Origin: an uncultured Candidatus Saccharibacteria bacterium | Lineage (GTDB): Bacteria > Patescibacteriota > Minisyncoccia > Phycocordibacterales > UBA9973 | Length of the DNA: 64,000 nt | Direction of reading: 5' to 3' | NCBI GenBank assembly: GCA_964446965.1 | Contig: CAYUQD010000001.1 | Location: 21,586 to 85,585 of the forward strand | Shown here: in pieces, positions 19,036-29,036 of the stretch | Layout of the letters: the number at the start of each line of letters is the position of its first letter | Numbering within the stretch: position 1 is the stretch's first letter | Notes under the pieces: generated by a model | The model's input: the letters and a program-made list of their open reading frames with translations, nothing else | What the model was told of the DNA's origin: nothing | The model's database searches: none | Translations under genes and position numbers: made by a program

Positions 19036-19536
19036 ATGAAAAAGGTATTTCAGTTAATTCTGATTGTAGGGTTATTTGCCCTCACCAGCTGTGGCAAAGA
19101 TTATGTGCCAACAATTGTAGATCCAACCCTGCCTGTGGCAGATGGTATCTCGGTGGTGGCGACACTTAGTCGCCCCAGCTCATTTTTTGATGGCAATACG
19201 GCGAACTATGATATACAAATTAATGCAGGATACAATTTCGGATCATCAAATCTGTATATTGATCACATTACACGACGTCAATCAAACGGATTTGCACCTG
19301 TTCGGGAAACATACCCTTTGTATTTAACCATTTTTCCGAAGCCGGGCGGTATTACTATCCGCAATATAAAACTTGGTGAAATATACCAAATAGTATTGCA
19401 GGACGTATATGGCAACTGGCAAGTTATCTTTGCCCAAGAATGGTGTGACTGTCAGGGTAGAAAAGCTGACAAACCCACAGTCAATAAATTCATTACTGAA
19501 AGTAATGCACATCGAAAAAAGGCAATCAAGAATTGA
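19036..19536 (+). CDS. Hypothetical lipoprotein
   Basis: MKK + hydrophobic core + lipobox LTSC; AT-rich; own promoter and terminator. Confidence 0.7.
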   Translation: MKKVFQLILIVGLFALTSCGKDYVPTIVDPTLPVADGISVVATLSRPSSFFDGNTANYDIQINAGYNFGSSNLYIDHITRRQSNGFAPVRETYPLYLTIFPKPGGITIRNIKLGEIYQIVLQDVYGNWQVIFAQEWCDCQGRKADKPTVNKFITESNAHRKKAIKN

Positions 19537-19550
19537 TATGCAACAAAGTA

Positions 19551-19580
19551 GAAACCCGGTATATTTTACCGGGTTTTTTT
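19551..19580. terminator. Bidirectional intrinsic terminator
   Basis: AAACCCGGTA-tattt-TACCGGGTTT between convergent genes. Confidence 0.75.
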
Positions 19581-20118
19581 ATTGAACCATGTTTACAAAT
19601 TCCTTCTCGGTCTCTATATCAAGTGCGTCAGTTACGAGTATCATAACTTCGGTTTTCAAACCGAGGTCTTTTTTTATGTTTGCAAAGAGGTGTTCAAAGG
19701 GGAGCTTTGAGATCCAGACACTATTTTTTGCGGCGACGAACCCCGCTTTTTTGAGCAGGTAGCGGAGCGCATCTCGCTCTGTCTTGCGATCCTCGGGGAA
19801 GTCGAGCATGATGATGCGCCATTTGCCATCCCAGTGCGGGTTGAATACGACGTCTTCGTGATCGAGTTTGATGCTATGCGCCTTGCGTTTACCCTCTGCT
19901 GTGAGGCGAGCATAGGCTTGCTGACCCGAATGGTGATGCTCGACGAGGCCAGTGTCCCGCAAGCCTTTGAGAGAGCGTGTGAGTGCGTACAGAGCCTTGG
20001 GCGCGTCGGTATCGCCGAGTTGTTCAGTCAGGGTCGCAACAGAGATTGCGGGCTTGTCAGCGAGGAGTTTGATGATTTTCTTTGAATAATTGGCCTTGTC
20101 GCCAGTATTTCTTGACAT
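19579..20118 (-). CDS. PaaX-like transcriptional regulator (wHTH + Cas2-like central domain)
   Basis: wHTH ending RLTAEG; WDGKWRIIMLDFPE...R..LR..L...GF....NSVW PaaX-middle motif. Confidence 0.8.
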   Translation of the reverse strand: MSRNTGDKANYSKKIIKLLADKPAISVATLTEQLGDTDAPKALYALTRSLKGLRDTGLVEHHHSGQQAYARLTAEGKRKAHSIKLDHEDVVFNPHWDGKWRIIMLDFPEDRKTERDALRYLLKKAGFVAAKNSVWISKLPFEHLFANIKKDLGLKTEVMILVTDALDIETEKEFVNMVQ

Positions 20119-20172
20119 AGAAAAACGATATCATTATACTGCTATTTGTACAAGTATTTTGCGGTCGCAAAA
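20112..20172 (+). promoter_or_regulatory. dnaK promoter with downstream inverted repeat
   Basis: TTGACA (20112-17), N17, TATACT (20135-40); TTTTGCG-gt-CGCAAAA at 20157-20172. Confidence 0.65.
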
Positions 20173-20233
20173 CAGACGTTAAATCCCGAATTCACGACCA
20201 AATACTTTTAGTAATTAATTTTTTCACACACAT

Positions 20234-22138
20234 ATGGCAAAAATCATTGGAATTGACCTCGGAACGACCAACAGTGCTGTCGCCATCATCGAAGGTGGCC
20301 AGCCAAAGATTATCGAGAATATCGAAGGTGCACGCACCACTCCGTCCATTGTCGCAGTGGGCAAGAACGGCGACCGTCTCGTCGGTCTCCTTGCGAAACG
20401 TCAGGCCGTCACCAACCCAGAGAACACGATCTATGGTATCAAGCGCTTCATGGGTCACAAGGCAGATGACACTGGTCTCGACAAAGTGATCAAGACCTCA
20501 TCGTTCAAGGTCGCACATGGCACAGACGGTGGTGTACAAGTCAAACTTGGGGACAAGGACTACCGTCCTGAAGAAATCTCTGCGATGATCCTACAGAAGA
20601 TCAAGGCAGACGTCGAAGCAAAGCTCGGTGAAAAGGTCACCGAGGCGATCATCACCGTCCCTGCGTATTTTAACGATGCACAGCGCAAGGCCACCAAGGA
20701 CGCAGGAGCGATCGCCGGTCTCGATGTGAAGCGTATCATCAACGAACCAACTGCAGCTGCGCTCGCGTACGGATTTAATTCTAAGAAAAACGAAAAGATC
20801 GCCGTGTACGACCTCGGTGGAGGAACATTCGATATCTCTATCCTCGAAGTCTCTGATATCGATGACCAGCAGTCTATCGAAGTGAAGTCGACCGATGGTG
20901 ATGCCCTCATGGGAGGACGCGACATCGACCTCAAGATCATGGACTGGATCGCCGAAGAATTCAAAAAGCAGTCAGGTGTGGATGTCATGAAGGACTCCCT
21001 CGCTCGACAGCGACTCGACGAAGCTGCAGAGAAGGCAAAGATCGAACTCTCGACAGCGGTCGAGACAGAGATCAACATCCCATTCATCACAAGTACTGAT
21101 GCGGGTCCTCAGCACTTGCTCCTCAAGATGACTCGTGCACAGCTCGAGAGTATCGCGGACGAGTACATTGCGCGCTCTATCGACATCACCAAGCGTGCAG
21201 TCGAAGCATCTGGATTCTCTATGGCAGATATCAATGAAGTCATCCTCGTCGGAGGACAGACTCGCATGCCAAAGATTGTGGAGGAAGTGAAGAAACTCTT
21301 TGGTAAAGAACCAAACCGTTCTATCAACCCTGACGAAGTCGTCGCTCTCGGTGCGGCAGTGCAAGGAGGAGTATTGCAAGGTGATGTGCGCGACGTGTTG
21401 CTCCTCGATGTTATTCCGCTCTCTCTCGGTATCGAGACCATGGGAGGTGTCGCGACCAAGCTCGTCGAACGCAATACGACGATCCCGAGCTCAAAGAGTC
21501 AGATCTTCTCAACCGCGACTGACAACCAGCCGTCAGTAGAGATACATGTCACTCAAGGAGAGCGCCCAATGGCTGCTGACAACAAATCGCTCGGACGATT
21601 TGTCCTCGATGGCATTGCACCAGCACCACGTGGTATGCCACAGATCGAGGTGACATTCGATGTGGACTCCAACGGTATCCTCAGTGTGAAAGCCAAGGAC
21701 AAAGCTACTGGCAAGGAGCAGTCTATCCGCATCGAAGCGTCATCAGGTCTCACCCCCGAAGACATCGAACGCATGAAGAAAGATGCCGAGATCAATGCCG
21801 GCGAAGACGCAAAGAAAAAGGAGCTCGTCGATGCAAAGAACACTGCAGACATGATGATCTTCTCAGCCGAGAAAGCACTCACCGAACACGGTGCCAATAT
21901 CACTGATGAGATCAAGGCAGGGGTACAGGCAAAGATTGACGAAGCAAAGAAAGCAAAGGAAGGGAATGACAAGGCTGCAATGGAAGCTGCGACCAGTGCA
22001 CTCTCTACAGAGATGCAAAAGATAGGGGAACATATCCAAAAGAACTCCTCTACTACTCCAGAGCCTCAGGCCGAAGAAATCACCAAGGATGCTGAGGCGA
22101 CTGATACCACTAGTGAGCCAGAAGCTCCAAAAGCATAA
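20234..22138 (+). CDS. dnaK: Chaperone DnaK
   Basis: [32 protein letters not shown]. Confidence 0.99.
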   Translation: MAKIIGIDLGTTNSAVAIIEGGQPKIIENIEGARTTPSIVAVGKNGDRLVGLLAKRQAVTNPENTIYGIKRFMGHKADDTGLDKVIKTSSFKVAHGTDGGVQVKLGDKDYRPEEISAMILQKIKADVEAKLGEKVTEAIITVPAYFNDAQRKATKDAGAIAGLDVKRIINEPTAAALAYGFNSKKNEKIAVYDLGGGTFDISILEVSDIDDQQSIEVKSTDGDALMGGRDIDLKIMDWIAEEFKKQSGVDVMKDSLARQRLDEAAEKAKIELSTAVETEINIPFITSTDAGPQHLLLKMTRAQLESIADEYIARSIDITKRAVEASGFSMADINEVILVGGQTRMPKIVEEVKKLFGKEPNRSINPDEVVALGAAVQGGVLQGDVRDVLLLDVIPLSLGIETMGGVATKLVERNTTIPSSKSQIFSTATDNQPSVEIHVTQGERPMAADNKSLGRFVLDGIAPAPRGMPQIEVTFDVDSNGILSVKAKDKATGKEQSIRIEASSGLTPEDIERMKKDAEINAGEDAKKKELVDAKNTADMMIFSAEKALTEHGANITDEIKAGVQAKIDEAKKAKEGNDKAAMEAATSALSTEMQKIGEHIQKNSSTTPEPQAEEITKDAEATDTTSEPEAPKA

Positions 22139-22265
22139 GACAAATCCCTATAAAATCACGCAAAATGCCCTAGAAATAGGGTTTTTTGTTATATATTGAC
22201 TTTACATATAAAATATGGTATGATATAGAAGTAAACCTGATCTTAAACAATTAAATCGAGATATT

Positions 22266-22823
22266 ATGTTAATCGAATTAGCTGCTCTCAAATATTTACT
22301 TTCTGGTGGAACCTCAGATGAGGAACTATCTTCTTCTGATTCCAAAATAGAAATACCGTCAGCAACCCGTAGATCCGATGCATTCAGTATATTTTTTCTG
22401 ACCACATCGGTACCAGCTATTATTGGTTTGATATTTTCAAACTATACTGCGCTGGAATCAATAGGATGCTTTATGAATTGGCTTATGCGCCAGACTGTCG
22501 GTGCTGTAACTGAATACAGGTCACGCACTGATTTGACAGATTTTGGCACAGTTGTCATACCTGTTCTATTTGTTATCTGGTGGGTAATGATATTCGGTAC
22601 CATAGTAGTTATCAGCAGATACTTTGCCGCACTGATAACAGAAATGGGTAAAATGATTCCTAAAGGAATTAAAAACTTTATTCTTGTCATCACTATCTCT
22701 ATTTCTATAAGTTGTATATATTATGGTTACAACCAATACCACCAAAAGAGATCAGTATTTGAAAAAGAAGAAAAGAGAGAAAAAGAAAGAGCGTCATATC
22801 GTCATTCGCGTTACTATTTTTAG
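22266..22823 (+). CDS. Hypothetical membrane protein
   Basis: AT-rich, about 3 TM segments, own promoter and long terminator hairpin at 22842-22887. Confidence 0.6.
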   Translation: MLIELAALKYLLSGGTSDEELSSSDSKIEIPSATRRSDAFSIFFLTTSVPAIIGLIFSNYTALESIGCFMNWLMRQTVGAVTEYRSRTDLTDFGTVVIPVLFVIWWVMIFGTIVVISRYFAALITEMGKMIPKGIKNFILVITISISISCIYYGYNQYHQKRSVFEKEEKREKERASYRHSRYYF

Positions 22824-22914
22824 TAAAAACATTTCAGAATGAAGCTGTTAGTTAGAAATATTTATTATTTCCCTAACAGCTTTTTTTATTTCCAATTTGT
22901 GCTATAGTTTCGCT

Positions 22915-22992
22915 ATGAACAAGAAACGAAAAGTTGCTGCAAAAAAGAAGCGCAAGAAGGAAGGCAAGACCGTCAACCTCCGACACCGATAA
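22915..22992 (+). CDS. 25-aa highly basic small protein
   Basis: MNKKRKVAAKKKRKKEGKTVNLRHR*; TGnTATAGT just upstream; terminator ACCGCCCT-tatg-AGGGCGGT-TT downstream. Confidence 0.6.
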   Translation: MNKKRKVAAKKKRKKEGKTVNLRHR

Positions 22993-23072
22993 TACGCGTA
23001 GAATGTTAACCGCCCTTATGAGGGCGGTTTGACTTTTTATATGTAGTATGTATAATTTATGAAAAATTAAGT

Positions 23073-23456
23073 ATGAAACATTTAAAGTTGTATCAATTCC
23101 TGCGGATTGCAGTGTTTGTTGTTTGTAGTACTGGCGCACTCTTCAGTATTTATTGGGGATGGTCCAATAATAACTTCGTAAGCTTTATTTGGGTATTTGC
23201 AGTGTCCGTAATTACACTTTCTTTTTCCTATGTATATATTCCTGGAAAAATATATACATATCGAGAATTTGAACGAGCAACAAACGCCGCTTCTTGGAAA
23301 TATGCAGTCCATGCAAAATGGAAATTCAAATCCGGATATCTGCATGAAATGAATACTGGACTCAATGAAAAAATGTACCTTGTGTACGATGAGAGAGATC
23401 TAGGTAAAGTCTTAAAAGAAAAAACTCCCGCAGAGCTTGAAGCGTATAATAAATAG
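23073..23456 (+). CDS. Hypothetical membrane protein
   Basis: Two N-terminal TM helices; AT-rich; promoter TTGACT-N16-TATAAT (23029-23056). Confidence 0.6.
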   Translation: MKHLKLYQFLRIAVFVVCSTGALFSIYWGWSNNNFVSFIWVFAVSVITLSFSYVYIPGKIYTYREFERATNAASWKYAVHAKWKFKSGYLHEMNTGLNEKMYLVYDERDLGKVLKEKTPAELEAYNK

Positions 23457-23526
23457 CTGTACTGCGTAAAATGAAAGCCACCCTGAAGGTGGTTTTTTTA
23501 TGGGTAATTTGTGATAAAGTTAGGAT

Positions 23527-24588
23527 ATGAGCAAAGACTATTACGAGACATTGGGTGTCCAAAAAGGCGCCTCAAAGGATGAGATCAAAAAGGCCTTCCA
23601 TAAGATGGCGCATAAATACCATCCTGATAAATCCACTGGCGACGAAGCCAAGTTCAAGGAGGTCAATGAAGCGTACCAGACACTCTCGGACGATCAGAAG
23701 CGTGCGCAGTACGACCAGTTTGGGTCTGCGGGACCACAGATGGGTGGCGGACAAGGATTCGGAGGATTCGACTTTGGTGGATTCGGGCAGAATGCGGGCG
23801 GATTTGAATTCGATCTCGGAGATATGTTTGGCGACTTATTTGGCGGCGGCAGACAACGACGGCAGCAACGGGGAAACGATCTACAGACTACAATCAACAT
23901 CGAGTTCAAGGACGCGATATTTGGCATTGAGCGTGAACTTCGGATCAAGAAGCCGTCGGTCTGTACAACGTGCAAAGGCAACGGCGCAAAGCCTGGCACC
24001 GATCTCCATACCTGTAGTCAATGTAACGGCAAGGGGCAGGTGCGCAACATTCAGCGCACAATCCTCGGGTCTATCGCAACCAATCAGACCTGCGACAAGT
24101 GTCATGGTGCAGGCAAGATACCAACAGAGCCATGTGCCACCTGTCATGGCAAGGGTGTCGTCAACGAAGAACGCACTATCAAAATCTCGGTCCCTGCCGG
24201 TATCCAGAATGGCGAGACCCTCCGCCTCGCAGGTATGGGTGAAGCGATCACTGGTGGGAGCCCTGGGGATCTCTATGTACATGTCACGGTAGCTACACAC
24301 AAGACTATCGTCCGACACAATCACGATCTCGTGACTACACTCCCGATCAAACTCACCGACGCACTCCTCGGCGCGACCTACGCAGTCGAGACACTCGATG
24401 GTACTGAGCAAATCTCTATACCTACCGGTACGAGAGTAGGAGATACGATCACGCTCAAGCACAAAGGTGTCCCTGTCAGTACCTCAAAGCGTGGTAACTT
24501 CATTATCAAACTCGATATCAAACTCCCCGAGAAGCTTTCAAAGAAGGCAAAGGAAGTGATAGAGGAGCTCAAGAAAGAGGGAATATAG
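23527..24588 (+). CDS. dnaJ: Chaperone DnaJ
   Basis: J domain HPD, G/F-rich region, four CxxCxGxG repeats. Confidence 0.98.
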   Translation: MSKDYYETLGVQKGASKDEIKKAFHKMAHKYHPDKSTGDEAKFKEVNEAYQTLSDDQKRAQYDQFGSAGPQMGGGQGFGGFDFGGFGQNAGGFEFDLGDMFGDLFGGGRQRRQQRGNDLQTTINIEFKDAIFGIERELRIKKPSVCTTCKGNGAKPGTDLHTCSQCNGKGQVRNIQRTILGSIATNQTCDKCHGAGKIPTEPCATCHGKGVVNEERTIKISVPAGIQNGETLRLAGMGEAITGGSPGDLYVHVTVATHKTIVRHNHDLVTTLPIKLTDALLGATYAVETLDGTEQISIPTGTRVGDTITLKHKGVPVSTSKRGNFIIKLDIKLPEKLSKKAKEVIEELKKEGI

Positions 24589-24907
24589 ATATGAAAAAAA
24601 TATTATTTTTTACATTTTTGATTTTTATACTTTCACATCACAATGCGTACGCATGTAGTGTAGTATATGAGCCCAACCATCCTGTTACTGAAGTATCTTC
24701 GGTAATTGTAAAGACAAGTTCAGCTACTATATACACAACATTTGATGAGCAGAAGTATATAAAAATTGCAGAGCACAGAGAGGATAGTTGCGGTCCATAT
24801 CGAACATATCTACGAAAAGATATAGTATTTGGAGGTATTGCGGTTGTAGTACTGGGTACCTTTCTCATTTTTAAGAAGAAGAGGGATTGAAGAAAGAGGG
24901 GATTTAA
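24568..24907 (+). repeat. Direct repeat of the dnaJ 3' end (24568-24588 and 24887-24907)
   Basis: CTC AAG AAA GAG GGA ATA TAG vs TTG AAG AAA GAG GGG ATT TAA; both encode LKKEGI*. Confidence 0.7.
24591..24890 (+). CDS. Small secreted/anchored hypothetical protein
   Basis: Signal peptide ending AYA, two Cys, C-terminal TM + KKKR tail. Confidence 0.65.
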   Translation: MKKILFFTFLIFILSHHNAYACSVVYEPNHPVTEVSSVIVKTSSATIYTTFDEQKYIKIAEHREDSCGPYRTYLRKDIVFGGIAVVVLGTFLIFKKKRD

Positions 24908-25016
24908 ACCAAAATTGTAGTTAAAAAGCCTTTATATCTAAAGGTTTTTTAGTATTGACAAAATCTATATAATATGTTATGATGTAGTTAGTTCTTTAAA
25001 CTCTAAAATAATCAAA

Positions 25017-25376
25017 ATGAAAAAAATAATTGCACTTGTGATCGTCAGTATATCAGTATGCGCATCATTCATGACCGCAAACTACTTTGTCAATCTCACA
25101 GCTCGCGACTATCAAGGCTGGTCAGAGTTTGATCACGCTAACGGCTATCTATTTGTAAAAATGATACTAGCTACTGTAGTATGGGGCGGAATTGTTTCAC
25201 TAATCTTTTTCTTAATAAAAAAAGAGTCAAAGAAAGATGAAGATGAAACACTCATTGAAAGCATATTTGATGATATGCACCTGTGGGCGATTAGTAGCTT
25301 TGGCTTAGTAGGTGTTGTGCTTATTCCTTTATTGTTATGGGTAAATGACGACATTACGAAATGGATCATTAGTTGA
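25017..25376 (+). CDS. Hypothetical membrane protein
   Basis: About 3 TM segments; promoter TTGACA-N17-TATGAT (24955-24983); terminator ~25396-25425. Confidence 0.6.
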   Translation: MKKIIALVIVSISVCASFMTANYFVNLTARDYQGWSEFDHANGYLFVKMILATVVWGGIVSLIFFLIKKESKKDEDETLIESIFDDMHLWAISSFGLVGVVLIPLLLWVNDDITKWIIS

Positions 25377-25455
25377 ATTAATTAAATTGGCACTCAAAAG
25401 CTTCTCGATTAGAGAAGCTTTTTTTATTGCCCAGATTTGCTAGAATACAGTCACT

Positions 25456-26919
25456 ATGGCATCCATACCCGAACTGCGAGACGAACGACTGAAAAAGAAG
25501 GCTATGCTTGAGGAGAAAGGCATTAATCCCTATCCTGCCACTACCAAGCGTACCGATGCTATCGATGTATTCAAAGATCGCTTTTCGTTGTACGAAGCAG
25601 GTAAGGACGCGATCACACTCGCAGGACGCATCATGAGCAAACGTGGACAAGGTGGGCTCGCATTCGCAGACATATTTGACGGTTCTGCAGGAGGAACGAT
25701 GCAGCTGTTCCTCAAATCTGATGAAATGGATGCAGATGCATATGCGCTCTGGAACGAAACGACTGACGTCGGCGACTTCGTCGAGGCGACAGGTATTGCG
25801 TATACGACCAAGCGTGGAGAGCAAGCACTCTTTGTGAGTGGATGGAACATGCTCGCCAAGTCTCTCCTCCCATTGCCTGAAAAGTGGCATGGTCTCACTG
25901 ATGATGACGAACGATACCGCAAGCGATATCTCGATATCCTCACCAACCCTGAACTCCGTGCAATGTTCGAACAGAAGGCAAAGTTCTGGGAAGTGACGCG
26001 CAACTTCATGAAAGACGCAGGGTTCATGGAGGTAGAGACTCCAACCCTCGAGGTGACGACAGGGGGAGCCGAAGCCAATCCGTTCAAAACCATGCACAAG
26101 GACTTTGCGATGGATGTATTCATGCGTATATCGGTCGGAGAACTCTGGCAAAAGCGCCTGATGGCTGCCGGATTTCCCAAGACATTTGAGATAGGGCGTG
26201 TGTACCGCAACGAAGGAAGTAGTCCCGATCACCTCCAAGAATTTACCAACATGGAGTTCTATTGGGCATATGCTGACTATGAAATGGGGATGAAGCTCGT
26301 CGAGCAGTTGTACAAAAAGATCGCACTCGAAGTCTTTGGGACGACAACATTCACGACACGTGGACACACCTTTGATCTCAACCAGCCATGGGGTCGTATC
26401 GACTATGTCAATGAGATCGAGAAGCAAACAGGTATCAATGTCCTCGATGCAACAGAAGGCGAGATGACGGCAAAGCTCGATGAACTCGGCGTGAAGTATG
26501 TCGGCACCAACAAAGAGCGCCTCACTGATACCCTCTGGAAATACTGCCGCAAATCTATCGCAGGTCCAGCATTTCTCATTCGCGTGCCCAAGCTCGTCTC
26601 TCCATTGGCAAAAGCTGCGTCAGACGATCCTCGAGTCACTGAGCGATTTCAAGTATTGCTCGCAGGGAGTGAGGTAGGGAACGGATTTAGTGAACTCAAT
26701 GATCCTGTGGATCAGCGTGCACGCTTTGACCTCCAGCAAGCCATGATCGAGCGCGGAGATGACGAAGCGATGATGCCTGAATGGGAGTTCGTCGACATGC
26801 TCGAGCATGGGATGCCGCCGACCTGCGGATTTGGATTTGGTGAGCGACTATTCGCATTCCTCGTCGACAAACCATTGCGCGAGACGCAATTGTTCCCGTT
26901 GTTGAAGCCGAGAGAGTAA
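25456..26919 (+). CDS. lysS: Lysine--tRNA ligase (class II)
   Basis: RYRKRYLD, EVETP, GGAEANPF, FEIGRVYRNEG, ELNDP, GMPPTCGFGFGERL. Confidence 0.97.
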   Translation: MASIPELRDERLKKKAMLEEKGINPYPATTKRTDAIDVFKDRFSLYEAGKDAITLAGRIMSKRGQGGLAFADIFDGSAGGTMQLFLKSDEMDADAYALWNETTDVGDFVEATGIAYTTKRGEQALFVSGWNMLAKSLLPLPEKWHGLTDDDERYRKRYLDILTNPELRAMFEQKAKFWEVTRNFMKDAGFMEVETPTLEVTTGGAEANPFKTMHKDFAMDVFMRISVGELWQKRLMAAGFPKTFEIGRVYRNEGSSPDHLQEFTNMEFYWAYADYEMGMKLVEQLYKKIALEVFGTTTFTTRGHTFDLNQPWGRIDYVNEIEKQTGINVLDATEGEMTAKLDELGVKYVGTNKERLTDTLWKYCRKSIAGPAFLIRVPKLVSPLAKAASDDPRVTERFQVLLAGSEVGNGFSELNDPVDQRARFDLQQAMIERGDDEAMMPEWEFVDMLEHGMPPTCGFGFGERLFAFLVDKPLRETQLFPLLKPRE

Positions 26920-26968
26920 TAGTTGACGAAAGTCATAATTCATGGTAATGTTTCAAAAACATTAACAC

Positions 26969-27577
26969 ATGAAAAAACAAATATTATTACTTGCTGCATT
27001 GATATATATTCATGAAGCAAGAGCACAGTCACTGTATTCAATGACTGATGTGCAAGTTCGCACCGATGGTTATCTTGCCTCGGAATATTGTTCATATACA
27101 TTCACCGAACGCATTGGCGCATTTTTATATCTCTCTCAAGAGAAGGGATATGTAAACATTGCTCCGGGCGTATTGCTTACATGCAATACCACAGCGAGCA
27201 CAAAGAGTTATTGGGAAGTCGGTATGGGAATAGGTTCTACGCTCTCAAAAAAAGAACTTGAAGAACCAACCTACTGGTATGCGCACATGTATGCATGGTA
27301 CGAAACAAAACCTGATGAACACCTTGCAAAAGGTAAGTTTAGCTTCCAATGCATTCCCGCGTATACATTCAATACCTCCGATGCGTGGTGGCTACAAAGC
27401 TTTGCAGTATACAGTCTGACGAAGCGCATAGATATAGGTGCACACTTCCAGTCACTGAGCGCCAAAGGCGTACGTCTCAATTACAACGTACCACTACGCA
27501 AAGAGTGCTATGTGCGACTGTATGGTGTGGCAGGTTGGGGTACACTTATCGGTGCAACTCTCATTGTTCAAAAGTAA
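26969..27577 (+). CDS. Secreted hypothetical protein, outer-membrane beta-barrel-like pattern
   Basis: Signal peptide ...ARA|Q; alternating aromatic/hydrophobic beta strands; AT-rich cassette with own promoter and terminator. Confidence 0.55.
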   Translation: MKKQILLLAALIYIHEARAQSLYSMTDVQVRTDGYLASEYCSYTFTERIGAFLYLSQEKGYVNIAPGVLLTCNTTASTKSYWEVGMGIGSTLSKKELEEPTYWYAHMYAWYETKPDEHLAKGKFSFQCIPAYTFNTSDAWWLQSFAVYSLTKRIDIGAHFQSLSAKGVRLNYNVPLRKECYVRLYGVAGWGTLIGATLIVQK

Positions 27578-27638
27578 TACATTGCCGGCTATCTCAGGAT
27601 GGCCGGCTTTTTTATTTTTTTGTGGTATTATCCAAAGA

Positions 27639-28031
27639 ATGGATACAACTAATTTTGGCGAACACTTAATGCTCGATTGCTATGGGGCAGATAACGACCT
27701 TCTGAATTCCAAAGAGCTCGTGCTGCAGTTACTTACCGAACTTCCGGAAAAGCTCGGCATGCACAAACTTGCCGACCCGGTAGTTTATTTTGCAGCAGGG
27801 AATGGTGATAAGGATCCAGGTGGATGGAGTGGATTTGTGGTGATTATGGAAAGCCATATTGCACTGCACACCTTTGTCGGACGGGGATTCTTGAGTGCTG
27901 ATGTATACACCTGTCAAAATGGTATGGATCAAGAATTCATCATCAACTACTTCAAGGAAACATTCAAAACAACTGACATAGAAATCAATTTTGTAAAGCG
28001 GGGGACAAGATACCCAACTTTAAATAAGTAA
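27639..28031 (+). CDS. speD: S-adenosylmethionine decarboxylase proenzyme (SpeD/SpeH class)
   Basis: GEHLMLDCYG, G.SGFVVIM-ESH (pyruvoyl cleavage site), DVYTC; start set at ATG 27639. Confidence 0.88.
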   Translation: MDTTNFGEHLMLDCYGADNDLLNSKELVLQLLTELPEKLGMHKLADPVVYFAAGNGDKDPGGWSGFVVIMESHIALHTFVGRGFLSADVYTCQNGMDQEFIINYFKETFKTTDIEINFVKRGTRYPTLNK

Positions 28032-28078
28032 AATTGACAGCATTATAAAATAATGTATAATATAACAATATAAAATAT

Positions 28079-28999
28079 ATGTGGATACTACTAACATTTA
28101 TCGCAGTTTTACTTTGGTCGCTCGTTAACATAGCGGACAACTACTTGGTTGAGAATAACAAGGCAATCGGACACCCGGTCGGTGCGCTCGTTATCTTTTC
28201 GAGCGTCTTTGCCTTCATTGTTTCCATACTTGTATACATATTTATTGGAAATGATTTGGTTTTGTCACTCACGAACAAGGGCTTATTGATTTTGGCAGGA
28301 TTTTGCAATCTGTTGTGGATCGTATTCTACCTCAATGCACTTGCAGATGATGATGTCTCATCAGTGGTACCATGGTTCCTGACCGTGCCACTCTTTGGAT
28401 ATATTCTTGGGTATTTCATACTCGGAGAAACATTGGGGACGCAGCAGCTGATCGGAGGTGCTATTGTAGTCATCGGAGGATTAGTATTGTCGATTCGTAC
28501 CGACTCAACCGAGAGTACCAACCGATACCACGTGAAGTGGAAGCCATTACTCCTCATGCTTGCATCGTCATTCATTATTGCCCTATGGGTAGTATTGTTC
28601 AAGTTCGTTGCGACTGATACTGGATTTTGGCCAGCGACGTTCTGGGAACACATCGGCTTGGGTATCGCTGGGCTTCTCGTACTAGTCTTTATCAAAAGCT
28701 ACCGCGAAGGCTTCATTGGAATGCTGCGCAAGGGTGGACGCAAAACATTGCTCATCAACGCCTCATCTGAGACTGCAACCATTATCGGGAACCTACTTGC
28801 AAACTTCGCAGTACTCGCCGTGCCGGTCACACTCGTGTTCATACTTGAAGTAGCGCAGCCAGCGATTGTATTTATCCTCGGCATTATTTGTACTGTTTTC
28901 TTCCCGAAGATTCTGACCGAAAATATTTCAAAGCGGACATTACTCCACAAGGGTATTTCCATTGCGATTATGATTGTTGGCGGACTCTTGCTGATTTAG
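28079..28999 (+). CDS. EamA/DMT family transporter
   Basis: About 10 TM helices in two repeats; PLFGYILGYFILGE motif. Confidence 0.85.
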   Translation: MWILLTFIAVLLWSLVNIADNYLVENNKAIGHPVGALVIFSSVFAFIVSILVYIFIGNDLVLSLTNKGLLILAGFCNLLWIVFYLNALADDDVSSVVPWFLTVPLFGYILGYFILGETLGTQQLIGGAIVVIGGLVLSIRTDSTESTNRYHVKWKPLLLMLASSFIIALWVVLFKFVATDTGFWPATFWEHIGLGIAGLLVLVFIKSYREGFIGMLRKGGRKTLLINASSETATIIGNLLANFAVLAVPVTLVFILEVAQPAIVFILGIICTVFFPKILTENISKRTLLHKGISIAIMIVGGLLLI

Positions 29000-29036
29000 C
29001 GGCTTATGTAAAAAGCTTCCAATTTGGAAGCTTTTT

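Noticed and set aside
19579-20118. Cas2-like motif suggesting a CRISPR-Cas gene
   Set aside because: Fused to a wHTH as in PaaX-like regulators; no cas1 or array nearby
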